Source: Candidatus Binatia bacterium
Lineage (GTDB): Bacteria; Desulfobacterota; Binatia; Bin18
Assembly: GCA_963666315.2 (NCBI GenBank)
Contig: CAXXHG010000039.1
Coordinates: 1-64,000 of the forward strand
Length of the DNA stretch: 64,000 nucleotides
Direction of reading: 5' to 3'
Shown: piece after piece, positions 49,743 to 59,087 of the stretch
How positions within the stretch are numbered: the first letter of the stretch is position 1
How the letters are laid out: every line of letters begins with the position of its first letter
Made by a program: the position numbers and the translations under genes
Notes under the pieces: generated by a model
The model's database searches: none
What the model saw: the letters and a program-made list of their open reading frames with translations, nothing else
What the model was told of the DNA's origin: nothing

Positions 49743-51602
49743 ATGGCGACAAATCCAGGGGGCGTTCCCCTGCAAAAATCGACACAAGAACGTGAAGGTG
49801 TCGTCATTCGCTTTGCCGGAGACTCTGGCGACGGAATGCAGCTCACCGGGACCCGCTTTACATCTGAATCCGTTCTGGCCGGTAACGATGTTGGGACCCT
49901 GCCCGACTTTCCAGCAGAAATACGGGCGCCTACCGGCACGCTATACGGAGTCAGCGCCTTTCAAGTCAATTTCAGTAATAAAAATGTGTATACCCCTGGC
50001 GATGAGTTGGATACGCTGGTGTGCATGAATCCCGCTGCTCTTAAGACCAATATTGCCGATTTGAAACAAAATGGCATCCTGATCGTGGATCCGGCTGAGT
50101 TCAGCAGCGCTAATCTGAGAAAGGCCGAGTACAAAGAGAACCCACTCGAGGGGAACTCGCTCGATAAGTATCAGGTCTATAAAGTCGAAGTCACAAAGAT
50201 GACGACGCTGGCCCTCAAAGATACCGGGCTGCCGAACCGGTCGGTTATGCGGAGTCGCAACTTCTTCGCTTTGGGCGTTGTCTCCTGGCTTTTTAATCGC
50301 CCGATTGAGCCCACGTTGGAGTGGATCCAGCAAAAATTTGGCAAGAATCCGGTTGTAGCCGACGCCAACAGTCTTGCCATCAAAGGTGGCTATAATTTCG
50401 GTGAAAACACCGACATGTTTGCCTCGTCGTATGAAATCAAGCCCGCCAAGATTGCACCCGGCGTCTATCGCAATATCACTGGCAACTCAGCAACCGCGCT
50501 GGGTTTTGTTATTGCCGCACAGAAGGCCGGACTCCCGCTCTTCTTGGGCAGTTATCCCATTACTCCGGCCAGCGATGTGTTGCACGAATTGGCTGAGTAT
50601 AAAAACTACAACGTCTATACGTTTCAAGCCGAAGACGAAATCGCTGGGGTCGGCGCAGCGCTGGGTGCTGCTTTTGGTGGGGCACTCGGCATTACGACGA
50701 CGAGTGGTCCCGGCATGAATCTCAAGGGCGAGACGATAGGTTTGGCTGCTACAGTCGAATTACCACTGGTGATCACCAATATTCAGCGTGCCGGCCCGAG
50801 TACGGGTATGCCGACCAAGCCCGAGCAAACCGACCTCATGCAGGCGATCTACGGACGTCACGGTGAATCACCGATCCCCGTCATTGCCGCCTCGACTCCG
50901 GTAGATTGTTTTTGTGCTGCTTTTGAGGCTGCCCGTATCGCGATGAAGTATATGACCCCGGTAATTCTTTTGACTGACGGTTTTCTGGCCAACGCGTCAG
51001 AACCGTGGCTGCTGCCGTCGGCAGATGATCTGCCGAGTATCCCTGTTGAATTTCGGACTGATCCGCAAGGCTTTTTCCCGTATCTGCGTGATGAAGCAAC
51101 CCTCGCCCGCCCATGGGCCACGCCTGGCACGCCAGGCCTTGAACACCGTATTGGCGGCATTGAAAAAGACTATCTGACTGGAAACATCAGCTATGCTCCC
51201 GCCAACCACGAACAAATGGTGAGGGTTCGGCATCAGAAAGTGCAGAAGATTACCCAGGAGATTCCACCGATCAAGGTGGATGGCCCTGAGCAGGGGAAGT
51301 TGCTGGTCTTGGGTTGGGGCAGTACCTACGGCCCCATTGCGGCTGCAGTCGAAGACGCCCAGGCGCGAGGCCACTCCGTCGCACATCTGCATCTGCGTTA
51401 TTTGAACCCCCTGCCGGCTGATCTGGGTGAGGTCCTGGGCCGGTACGACAAGGTCCTCGTTCCGGAAATGAATATGGGCCAATTGGTGAAGTTGATCCGA
51501 GCGGAATACCTGATTGATGCGGTGGGGCTCAACAAGATCCAAGGCCGTCCGTTCAAGGTGTCTGAAGTTGCGACCCGAATTGCGCGCATGCTGGAGGGAT
51601 AA
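49743..51602 (+). CDS. korA: 2-oxoacid:ferredoxin oxidoreductase alpha subunit
   Basis: FAGDSGDGMQL, YPITPAS, QAEDEIA, TSGPG, QRAGPSTGMPT. Confidence 0.93.
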   Translation: MATNPGGVPLQKSTQEREGVVIRFAGDSGDGMQLTGTRFTSESVLAGNDVGTLPDFPAEIRAPTGTLYGVSAFQVNFSNKNVYTPGDELDTLVCMNPAALKTNIADLKQNGILIVDPAEFSSANLRKAEYKENPLEGNSLDKYQVYKVEVTKMTTLALKDTGLPNRSVMRSRNFFALGVVSWLFNRPIEPTLEWIQQKFGKNPVVADANSLAIKGGYNFGENTDMFASSYEIKPAKIAPGVYRNITGNSATALGFVIAAQKAGLPLFLGSYPITPASDVLHELAEYKNYNVYTFQAEDEIAGVGAALGAAFGGALGITTTSGPGMNLKGETIGLAATVELPLVITNIQRAGPSTGMPTKPEQTDLMQAIYGRHGESPIPVIAASTPVDCFCAAFEAARIAMKYMTPVILLTDGFLANASEPWLLPSADDLPSIPVEFRTDPQGFFPYLRDEATLARPWATPGTPGLEHRIGGIEKDYLTGNISYAPANHEQMVRVRHQKVQKITQEIPPIKVDGPEQGKLLVLGWGSTYGPIAAAVEDAQARGHSVAHLHLRYLNPLPADLGEVLGRYDKVLVPEMNMGQLVKLIRAEYLIDAVGLNKIQGRPFKVSEVATRIARMLEG

Positions 51603-51607
51603 GGATC

Positions 51608-52621
51608 ATGAGTACAGAAGCTGCGGTAAAACTCACACGGAAAGATTTTGTCTCCGACCAGGATGTACGCTGGTGTCCTGGCTGCGGAGACTATGCCATT
51701 CTAGCCCAGGTCCAAAAAATCTTTCCTGAGCTTGGCATTCCAAAAGAAAAAGCGGTATTCATCTCGGGCATCGGCTGTGCCAGCCGCTTCCCGTATTACA
51801 TGAACACATACGGCTTTCATACTATTCATGGTCGTGCTCCTGCAATTGCAACTGGACTGAAGATATCCAGGCCCGACCTGCATATTTGGGTCGTCACTGG
51901 TGACGGCGATGGTTTGAGTATTGGGGGTAATCATCTCATCCACGCCCTGCGCCGTAATGTTGAGCTGAAAATCATGCTCTTCAACAACCGCATCTATGGT
52001 CTGACCAAGGGCCAATATTCTCCGACCTCTGAATTAGGAAAAGTAGCCAAGTCCACACCCATGGGCTCGGTCGACCATCCGCTCAACCCGATGACTTTGG
52101 TGTTGGGCGCAGAAGCCACGTTTATTGCGCGCACTATCGACACTGAAGCCAAACACCAGCAAGAGACACTCAGACGGGCTGCCGCCCATAAAGGCGGCAC
52201 TTTTCTTGAGATCCTGCAGAACTGCAATGTCTATAATGACGGGGTATGGGAACGTCTGAAGGATAAAGACTCCAAAGCCGACACGCAATTGCTGCTTGAG
52301 CATGGCAAACCCCTGGTTTTTGGAAAGAACAAAGAGCGCGGTATTCGCCTCAACGGGTTGAAGCCGGAAGTGGTCAGCATACGCAACGGCGTGAGCATCT
52401 CAGATCTCTTGGTGCACGATGAACACGATCAAACCCTGGCGTATGTACTCAGTCGTATGACGCCGCCCAACTTCCCAACACCGCTGGGCGTCCTGTTTTC
52501 AACGGAAAGGCCGACGATTGAAGCCCTGATGGCCCAACAAATTAAGACTGCAGTTGAAAAGTCCGGACCGGGCAAGCTTGACGATCTCCTCCGCCGCGGT
52601 GATGTGTGGACTGTGGAATAG
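51608..52621 (+). CDS. korB: 2-oxoacid:ferredoxin oxidoreductase beta subunit
   Basis: WCPGCGD, SGIGC, HGRAP, GDGD, YGLTKGQYSPT. Confidence 0.93.
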   Translation: MSTEAAVKLTRKDFVSDQDVRWCPGCGDYAILAQVQKIFPELGIPKEKAVFISGIGCASRFPYYMNTYGFHTIHGRAPAIATGLKISRPDLHIWVVTGDGDGLSIGGNHLIHALRRNVELKIMLFNNRIYGLTKGQYSPTSELGKVAKSTPMGSVDHPLNPMTLVLGAEATFIARTIDTEAKHQQETLRRAAAHKGGTFLEILQNCNVYNDGVWERLKDKDSKADTQLLLEHGKPLVFGKNKERGIRLNGLKPEVVSIRNGVSISDLLVHDEHDQTLAYVLSRMTPPNFPTPLGVLFSTERPTIEALMAQQIKTAVEKSGPGKLDDLLRRGDVWTVE

Positions 52622-52692
52622 ACGCCTGATAGATAGGGAAGGCCCTAGCTTATGCATTGTTCTATAAGCCGGGGCCTTCGTGTTTCTAGCCT

Positions 52693-53004
52693 ATGCCACT
52701 TCGCCTCCGAATTCCTTGCCCACAGTGCGGGAAGATTCTGTATCGAAAGCGAGACGGGCGGTGCCCGTCGTGTGCAGCGCCCGTCAGTGCCCATGTAGAA
52801 GAAGTCCGCGACCGGGAAGAGCGGATCGAAAAGATCGTTGCCATCATAGGCACAGCCCTCGTTCTGCTGGTATTCATGTTGGCTGGCGGAGTCGGATTAT
52901 TCGAGGGCGTGGTGATGTACGGGGTGGCTGGCGCGGCGATGTTTTATCTGGCAAAGAAGACGTTTAAGCCAAACGCAGAATCAGAGGAAGAGAGTGGAGA
53001 TTAG
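52693..53004 (+). CDS. Small Zn-ribbon membrane protein
   Basis: CPQC...CPSC followed by two TM helices. Confidence 0.7.
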   Translation: MPLRLRIPCPQCGKILYRKRDGRCPSCAAPVSAHVEEVRDREERIEKIVAIIGTALVLLVFMLAGGVGLFEGVVMYGVAGAAMFYLAKKTFKPNAESEEESGD

Positions 53005-53007
53005 ATT

Positions 53008-53298
53008 ATGGCGGAGAAAGCCGAACTAAAAAAGCAGATGAAAGAGCTCAAAGTCCAGCGCGCTCGCGCGTTGGAGCAGAAGGAGCACAAAGAACTCAAG
53101 AAAGTTCGGCGAGATATCCGCTCTGTGAAGCGCCAGTTGCGTGCCTTAGCGCGAGAGGCGGCTATAGCACAGGTGCAAGCGGCAGCAGCCCAAGCTCGGG
53201 AAACCGCCGCTTCAGCTAAAGTTGAAGCGACCGCGGCTGCTGAGGCTGAAGCGGCTGCTGAGCCGGCGCCAGAACCTGAGGCAACTCCGGCTTCGTAA
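53008..53298 (+). CDS. Small basic coiled-coil hypothetical protein with Ala/Glu-rich tail
   Basis: GGAG RBS; KKQMKELK...LKKVRRDIRSVKRQLR. Confidence 0.7.
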   Translation: MAEKAELKKQMKELKVQRARALEQKEHKELKKVRRDIRSVKRQLRALAREAAIAQVQAAAAQARETAASAKVEATAAAEAEAAAEPAPEPEATPAS

Positions 53299-53461
53299 GT
53301 CTTCCTCTTTGCCCTGGCACCAACTGGGGCGTCTACCGGGGCGAGGGCATGCGGGGGAACCTCTCCATCTTTCTTTTGCGCTGCGCAGCTCTTTTCTTTC
53401 CCCTCGCGGTTTTCAAACGTATCTGCGTACCTACGCACTTGCCCACGAAAGGAAGAACAGC

Positions 53462-54940
53462 ATGAATGTTCGTGTTCAGTCTCAACCGATTGTTGCCGTG
53501 AGAAGTGAACTCCTGGTCGTCCCCGTTCTTCAGGGAGGGCAAAATGGATCGGGGATTAAAGAACTTGATGTCCGTGTTGGTGGCGTACTTCGGGAGCAAC
53601 TGAGGCGTAACCGCTTTCAAGGCAAACGTGGCGAGACGGTGTTATTCCAGACCCAGAGACGCCTTCCGAGCGTAGCTATTCTCTTTATTGGGTTAGGCAA
53701 ACGAGACAGTCTTGAGCCCGCGACGTGGCGGCAGAGCGCGGCCTACGCCCGCAAACAAGCCCAGGTGCAACGGGCCAAAGGGATCGCTTGGTTTGTGGCA
53801 GAAGACACGGGCGGGACAGCAGCCTGCGCTGCTGTGCACGAAGGTCTGCTGTTATCAGGCTATGCGTTTCAGAAATATAAATCCGACAACGGGAAAAAAA
53901 CGCAGGTTGAGACGCTGACGTTTGTCGGCCCCAAACTCAAGAAAAACGCGAAACTGGCACAGACGCTCGAAGCCGTCCAGAACACCGTATCGGGTGTTTT
54001 TCTGGCGCGAGATTTGGTCAATGAGCCAGCCTCGGTCTCGACGCCGACCTATCTCGCCAATCAGGCCAAAAAGCTGTCTGAAGGCAACGGGCTGAAAACC
54101 GAAGTCTGGGGCGTGCATAAGATCAAAGCAGCCAAGATGAATGGGCTGCTGGCGGTTGCGCGCGGCAGCCTGGAAGAGCCACGCTTTATCAAGCTGAGCT
54201 ATAAGCCGTCAGGCAAGCCCAAGAAGAAAGTTGCCCTGGTGGGTAAAGGACTGACCTTTGACTCCGGTGGTCTCTCTCTCAAGTCGGCCAAGTCCATGGA
54301 GACCATGAAGATCGATATGGCAGGCGGGGCAACCGTGCTTGGCACTATGCGCGCGATTACGCAACTTAAGCCTCAAGTCCAGGTCACTGGCTATATCCCT
54401 GCGTCTGAAAACATGCCAAGCGGGACAGCTCAGAAACCGGGCGATATTATCAGCTACCGGAACGGGAAAACGGTGGAGGTGCTTAACACTGACGCCGAGG
54501 GACGTCTGATTCTGGCCGACGCGCTCATCTGTGCCGTAGAAGAAAAACCCGACGTCATTATTGACCTGGCAACTCTGACCGGTGCCTGCATGGTCGCGTT
54601 GGGCTCCCAAGTCGCTGGGCTGTTTAGCAATAATCAGCAGCTGGCTGACGCGCTGCTCAAGTGCAGCAAAGAGACGGGGGAACAGCTGTGGCAGATGCCG
54701 CTGGTCAAGGAATACAAGGGCGATATTAGGAGCGCGATTGCCGATATCAAGAATATCGGTGGGGGCTACGGCGGTGCTATTACGGCCGCTCTCTTTTTGG
54801 AAGAGTTTGTCTCCGACGTCCCTTGGGCGCACCTTGATATTGCAGGTCCGGCCTTTTCGGAACGCGAATTACCCTATACTCCGAGAGGCGGAACCGGCTT
54901 TGGAGTCCGCACCCTGGTGCAGTATGTGCTGAGTTTGTAG
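53462..54940 (+). CDS. pepA: Leucyl aminopeptidase (M17)
   Basis: VGKGLTFDSGG, MKIDMAG, NTDAEGRL, ATLTGA, HLDIAG; AAGGAAG RBS before ATG 53462. Confidence 0.96.
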   Translation: MNVRVQSQPIVAVRSELLVVPVLQGGQNGSGIKELDVRVGGVLREQLRRNRFQGKRGETVLFQTQRRLPSVAILFIGLGKRDSLEPATWRQSAAYARKQAQVQRAKGIAWFVAEDTGGTAACAAVHEGLLLSGYAFQKYKSDNGKKTQVETLTFVGPKLKKNAKLAQTLEAVQNTVSGVFLARDLVNEPASVSTPTYLANQAKKLSEGNGLKTEVWGVHKIKAAKMNGLLAVARGSLEEPRFIKLSYKPSGKPKKKVALVGKGLTFDSGGLSLKSAKSMETMKIDMAGGATVLGTMRAITQLKPQVQVTGYIPASENMPSGTAQKPGDIISYRNGKTVEVLNTDAEGRLILADALICAVEEKPDVIIDLATLTGACMVALGSQVAGLFSNNQQLADALLKCSKETGEQLWQMPLVKEYKGDIRSAIADIKNIGGGYGGAITAALFLEEFVSDVPWAHLDIAGPAFSERELPYTPRGGTGFGVRTLVQYVLSL

Positions 54941-55025
54941 ACGCTCGCTATTTTTTCTTGTGTCGGGGCAATGCATACATTGCCCCGACTGCTTCCATGC
55001 GTCAATACACAACGATGCGACAACG

Positions 55026-55712
55026 ATGCGTACCATCGTCCAACTCCAACGCCACGTTATTCACTGTCAACGGTGTCCCCGGCTCATTCAGCACTGTCAG
55101 CGTACGGCCCAAGAAAAAGTGAAACGCTACTGCGACTGGGACTACTGGGGGAAACCCGTGCCGAGTCTCGGCGACCGATACGCTCGCCTCTCTATTGTCG
55201 GTCTTGCGCCAGCCGCCCACGGCGGAAACCGGACAGGCCGGGTGTTTACTGGTGACCGCAGTGGGCACTGGGTTTTCGGAGCACTGCATGCCTACGGATT
55301 TTCCAACCAGCCGACCTCGACGCATATCGACGACGGGCTCATCTTACAGGATGCTTATATCACGGCGGCTGTGCATTGCGCACCACCAGACAACAAGCCG
55401 CTCCGGGAAGAATTTTATGCTTGCCAGCCGTATTTATTGCGCGAACTCCAGTTGCTGCAGCAGGTTCGCATTGTGGTTGCGCTCGGGCAGATCGCTTTCG
55501 TCTCCTACCTCAGGGAGCGGCGGCAAATTGGGCTGGCTGTTCCTTCTCCAGCCCCAAAGTTTGGGCACGCCAAGAAGTATGATCTTGACGGCGTCACCCT
55601 CATCGGCTCTTACCATCTAAGCCAGCAGAATACCTTCACGGGTCGACTCACGCGGCGAATGTTCCATTCGGTCTTCCGCACGGCACGCAAGATTATTGAG
55701 CAGGCAGCGTAA
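55026..55712 (+). CDS. Uracil-DNA glycosylase family 5 (UdgB-like)
   Basis: CxRCPRL, YWGKPVP, GLAPAAHGGNRTGRVFTGDRSG, CAPPDNKP, HxSQQNT. Confidence 0.9.
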   Translation: MRTIVQLQRHVIHCQRCPRLIQHCQRTAQEKVKRYCDWDYWGKPVPSLGDRYARLSIVGLAPAAHGGNRTGRVFTGDRSGHWVFGALHAYGFSNQPTSTHIDDGLILQDAYITAAVHCAPPDNKPLREEFYACQPYLLRELQLLQQVRIVVALGQIAFVSYLRERRQIGLAVPSPAPKFGHAKKYDLDGVTLIGSYHLSQQNTFTGRLTRRMFHSVFRTARKIIEQAA

Positions 55713-55756
55713 CGCGCGCGCAACGCACGCTGGCCCTGATCGCCGCTCACGCAGCG

Positions 55757-56581
55757 CTACTCCGGAAAGATGGCGTTAATGACTTCATCAATCGCCCGCT
55801 GCGAATCGTTGTCATCCGTCAGCGAACGGGAGACGGCGACTGTACAGGCGCGGCGCGGCGCTACACCTTGGCGCATGAGTTGGCCGGAATAAATGAGCAG
55901 CCGGGTGCTGACGCCTTCTTCCAGGCCACTGGCCTTCAAATGGCGCACCTTTTCGCCCAGCTTGGCCAGATCAAGCGTCGTTTCGAGCGGGAGTTGGCTC
56001 TCATGCGCAATGATCTCAGCCTCTTTATCCCGTGGCGGATAGGTGAACTCAATAGTTACAAAGCGCTGCCGGGTGGAGTGCTTGAGGTCTTTGAGTATGC
56101 TCTGGTAGCCGGGGTTATACGATATCACCAAGAGGAAATTTTCGTGTGCCTTAAGAATCTCAGTTTTTTTATCAATCGGAAGAATACGCCGATGGTCGGT
56201 CAACGGGTGGATAAGGACAATAGTATCCTTGCGGGCTTCTACGATCTCATCCAGGTAGCAAATCGCGCCGGTTCGTACGGCTTGAGTCAAAGGGCCGTCC
56301 ACCCACACCGTATCGTCACCTTTGATGAGATACCGGCCAACCAAGTCACTGCCTGTTAAATCTTCATGACAGGCAACCGTGACAATATTTTCCGGAATAT
56401 CTTCATCGCGATCTGACATGAGTATATGCGCCATATGTTCGACAAAGCGTGTCTTGCCGCAGCCGGTCGGGCCTTTGAGCAAGACCGGCAGACGACATTC
56501 ATACGCGGCGCGAAAAATATCGACCTCGTCGCCTATGGGGAGATAAAACGGGACGGCACCATTCTTAGTATCTTGACTCAT
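55757..56581 (-). CDS. CbbQ/NirQ/NorQ family AAA+ ATPase
   Basis: [53 protein letters not shown]. Confidence 0.93.
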   Translation of the reverse strand: MSQDTKNGAVPFYLPIGDEVDIFRAAYECRLPVLLKGPTGCGKTRFVEHMAHILMSDRDEDIPENIVTVACHEDLTGSDLVGRYLIKGDDTVWVDGPLTQAVRTGAICYLDEIVEARKDTIVLIHPLTDHRRILPIDKKTEILKAHENFLLVISYNPGYQSILKDLKHSTRQRFVTIEFTYPPRDKEAEIIAHESQLPLETTLDLAKLGEKVRHLKASGLEEGVSTRLLIYSGQLMRQGVAPRRACTVAVSRSLTDDNDSQRAIDEVINAIFPE

Positions 56582-56613
56582 AATCGTGATTCTTTTTCTA
56601 TGACGTGGTCATG

Positions 56614-57816
56614 TTATGACGTGGTCGTAGTGATGGTCTCCATGACCTGCTGTGTATCGATATCAACGAGCTCAACAGTCACCTGGCCGCTGACCCCATT
56701 TTTTTGCTGCGCGTCAGTAATTTGGCTGTGGAGCTTCTTTCGGAAACCCTCGCGCACGGTCGGAGGCATCCCCGCCATAGGAAAATGTCGAAAGAACACC
56801 TTGGCTTCGGTTTGCGACGGCCACTCGATGCGGACGATCTTGGGTGCCATCATTTCATGCGTGAGGAAGAGGGATTCTACGGCTTGCTGAAACGGGGGAG
56901 TAGCAGAACTGGTTGGCGGTGCAGTCTGGGCTGCACTCGCTCCATTCCTAAATTGAGCCAGGATCTGATCGATCAGGGTCCGGATATTGGCATTGTCCGT
57001 TAAGGTTTTAGCCTTGTGAAAAGATGCCCGGGCTTGTTCGAGCAGGCCTTTGTCTTGATAGGCAATGCCGAGGTTAAAATGGGCTTGGAAGAAGTTCGGC
57101 TGCATCTCTAGGACGTCTTGATATGAAGAGATCGCCTGGTCGACCTGGCCGGTGTAGAGATACATCGTCCCGAGGTCCGTTTGCGTGCCTGGGTCATCCG
57201 GCTTCAGGGTGAGATAGCGCTGATAGTGGTCAATCGCTTTGGGATATTCTTCCAAGTCGTAGTACACATTGCCAAGGCCGCGCAGCGCATCCAGGTTATC
57301 GGGCGCAAGCTCAGACAGACGGCTATACGAGGCCAGGGCAGCACTCCGGTAACTGGCGTCAATCTGTGACGCGCGGAACTGAACCTCAGCAAGAGTACGC
57401 CAGGCTTCCGGGTCTTGTGGTGCCGCGTTGGCTTGGGCGACGAGTTCGACAATGCGAGTAGTGACTTCTTCCGGCAGCGCGATCTGGGGATGATCTTGGG
57501 GCAATGCGGACCCACCGGTACTTGCGGGTCTACTCGTGGATGCGGGTGACGAATCGGCGCGAGGCGCAAAGCGCTCAGTCTGGAGCACGAAAACCCATAA
57601 GCCTATTCCAACAACCAGATACAGAGACAGGACGACGAGTCCAGGGACAGGCAGCCTTCGTTCGACTGATGCTGCTGGGGCGGTAGGTTTTTTACCTTTT
57701 TCCCCACCCCCCTTGCTCCCCTTAGCCGAGAGGGTTGCTCCACATTCCGTACAGAAATTGGCTTTGGGAATAGTCTGTATACCGCACTGCGGGCAAAAAC
57801 GTGCTGCTGCCACCAT
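56614..57816 (-). CDS. Zn-ribbon, single-TM, TPR-repeat protein
   Basis: FCPQCG...FCTECG, TM helix, LPQDHPQI motif, several TPRs. Confidence 0.85.
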   Translation of the reverse strand: MVAAARFCPQCGIQTIPKANFCTECGATLSAKGSKGGGEKGKKPTAPAASVERRLPVPGLVVLSLYLVVGIGLWVFVLQTERFAPRADSSPASTSRPASTGGSALPQDHPQIALPEEVTTRIVELVAQANAAPQDPEAWRTLAEVQFRASQIDASYRSAALASYSRLSELAPDNLDALRGLGNVYYDLEEYPKAIDHYQRYLTLKPDDPGTQTDLGTMYLYTGQVDQAISSYQDVLEMQPNFFQAHFNLGIAYQDKGLLEQARASFHKAKTLTDNANIRTLIDQILAQFRNGASAAQTAPPTSSATPPFQQAVESLFLTHEMMAPKIVRIEWPSQTEAKVFFRHFPMAGMPPTVREGFRKKLHSQITDAQQKNGVSGQVTVELVDIDTQQVMETITTTTS

Positions 57817-57944
57817 GGCCTCCGTTTCTTGGTAAACTACCTAACAACAATATCATACGTGGGCTAGACCAGGCAGAGAGAGTGTTTACTCCGCAACGCA
57901 GGGGACCCCTCCGATTTGTAGACATATTGTTGCTTTCCAAAAGC

Positions 57945-58115
57945 CCGTATACACTATATGACCTGTGTCTGTATCTGGAGCAGATCGTGCAAAACTTCTC
58001 ACGCTATCACAAGTATACCCTGGGCGCCGATCTGCGGGATACGGCCAGGCGCGCGTTAAAGCTGGTTGTCCGCGCCAATGCTCAACGCGAGAAGGTGCCG
58101 GTGTTGCTTCATGTC
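57945..58115 (+). pseudogene. Truncated four-helix-bundle (Avd-like) gene fragment
   Basis: LYDLCLYLEQIVQNFSRYHKYTLGADLRDTARRALKLVVRAN resembles the four-helix-bundle/Avd family N-half; no proper start and the C-half is missing. Confidence 0.65.
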
Positions 58116-58190
58116 AGCCTAAGAAGGCGCAAGGAAGATGGTCCAGAAGGATTGACAGGAATAGCTCTTCCTGCCATCTCTTGATTGACT

Positions 58191-58441
58191 ATGAAAGCCA
58201 TCAAAGTTGAGACGACGGTGGAGAAAAAAGGCGAGTTGCATCTCTCGAATTTGCCTGTCCAGACCGAGCAGCGCATCGAAGTAATTGTTCTGATACCAGA
58301 GGAAAATCGTTCTGTTTCTTCTGCTTCCTCGTCTCCGGTGGACACAAGGAATGGGAGAATCTTGTTGACACGATCCGCCACACTGAGCCGGTCTTCCCCA
58401 CGCTGGATGAAGCGACGGGCTTTTCTCGTAGTCGTCCATGA
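58191..58441 (+). pseudogene. Putative antitoxin, frameshifted near 58335
   Basis: MKAIKVETTVEKKGELHLSNLP...IEVIVL swapped-hairpin-like start. A shifted frame continues EWENLVDTIR...TLDEATGFSRSRP*, with ATGA overlap onto the PIN gene. Confidence 0.55.
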
Positions 58442-58902
58442 TCCTTCTGGATGCGGACATCCTCTTGCTCGATATCCGCTACCCAAGGGATTCCCGCTTC
58501 GACATCAATGCACGGCTCCTCAAGATCCTGCAGGAGCAAGCACTGGAACGAGGCATTACGCTATACGCCTTGCTCGAAGTTGTCGGGGTTCTGAGCTTTA
58601 ATCTTCCAACGGATCAGATCCAACGATTTTACACCTTGCATCCTGGGCGATACGGCTTGCACGTCGTGCCAGCCTTGGAGGTCAGTCAAACGATTCCCAC
58701 CTTTGCGCTTACCGCGATGCTTACTCAAATTGAGAAGAAGATGGCTTTAGGCGATGCCTACCAGGCTTTGTACATCCAACAGCATGCTCCTCAGGCGACC
58801 TGCCTGTTTTCCTGGAATGCGCGCCATTTCCTCGATAAATTGCCGGTTTCTGTTCTGACTCCAGAAGAATGGTTGGTTCAGAATCCCTCCGAGGATGCAT
58901 GA
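58438..58902 (+). CDS. PIN-domain protein (VapC-like toxin)
   Basis: MILLDADILL, LLEVVG, MALGDA, SWNARHF acidic PIN pattern. Confidence 0.75.
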   Translation: MILLDADILLLDIRYPRDSRFDINARLLKILQEQALERGITLYALLEVVGVLSFNLPTDQIQRFYTLHPGRYGLHVVPALEVSQTIPTFALTAMLTQIEKKMALGDAYQALYIQQHAPQATCLFSWNARHFLDKLPVSVLTPEEWLVQNPSEDA

Positions 58903-59087
58903 GGCTCGTTTGAGCTCTACTATCAGCCAAAGCCCGGATCATCCGATTATCCTTAATAAAGGGCTTGGTAAAGCCGAAACGAGGAACCGTCAACTCAAGA
59001 TGCAAAGGTTATCGCTCCTTGCTGTGAATCCTGTTGACAGTCAAAGAGTCGGCTGGGTAAGGTACTCGCAGCACTGCGGAGGAAAAC

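Noticed and set aside
56614-58184. An active diversity-generating retroelement
   Set aside because: No reverse transcriptase and no TR/VR pair differing at adenines is visible; only an Avd-like fragment.
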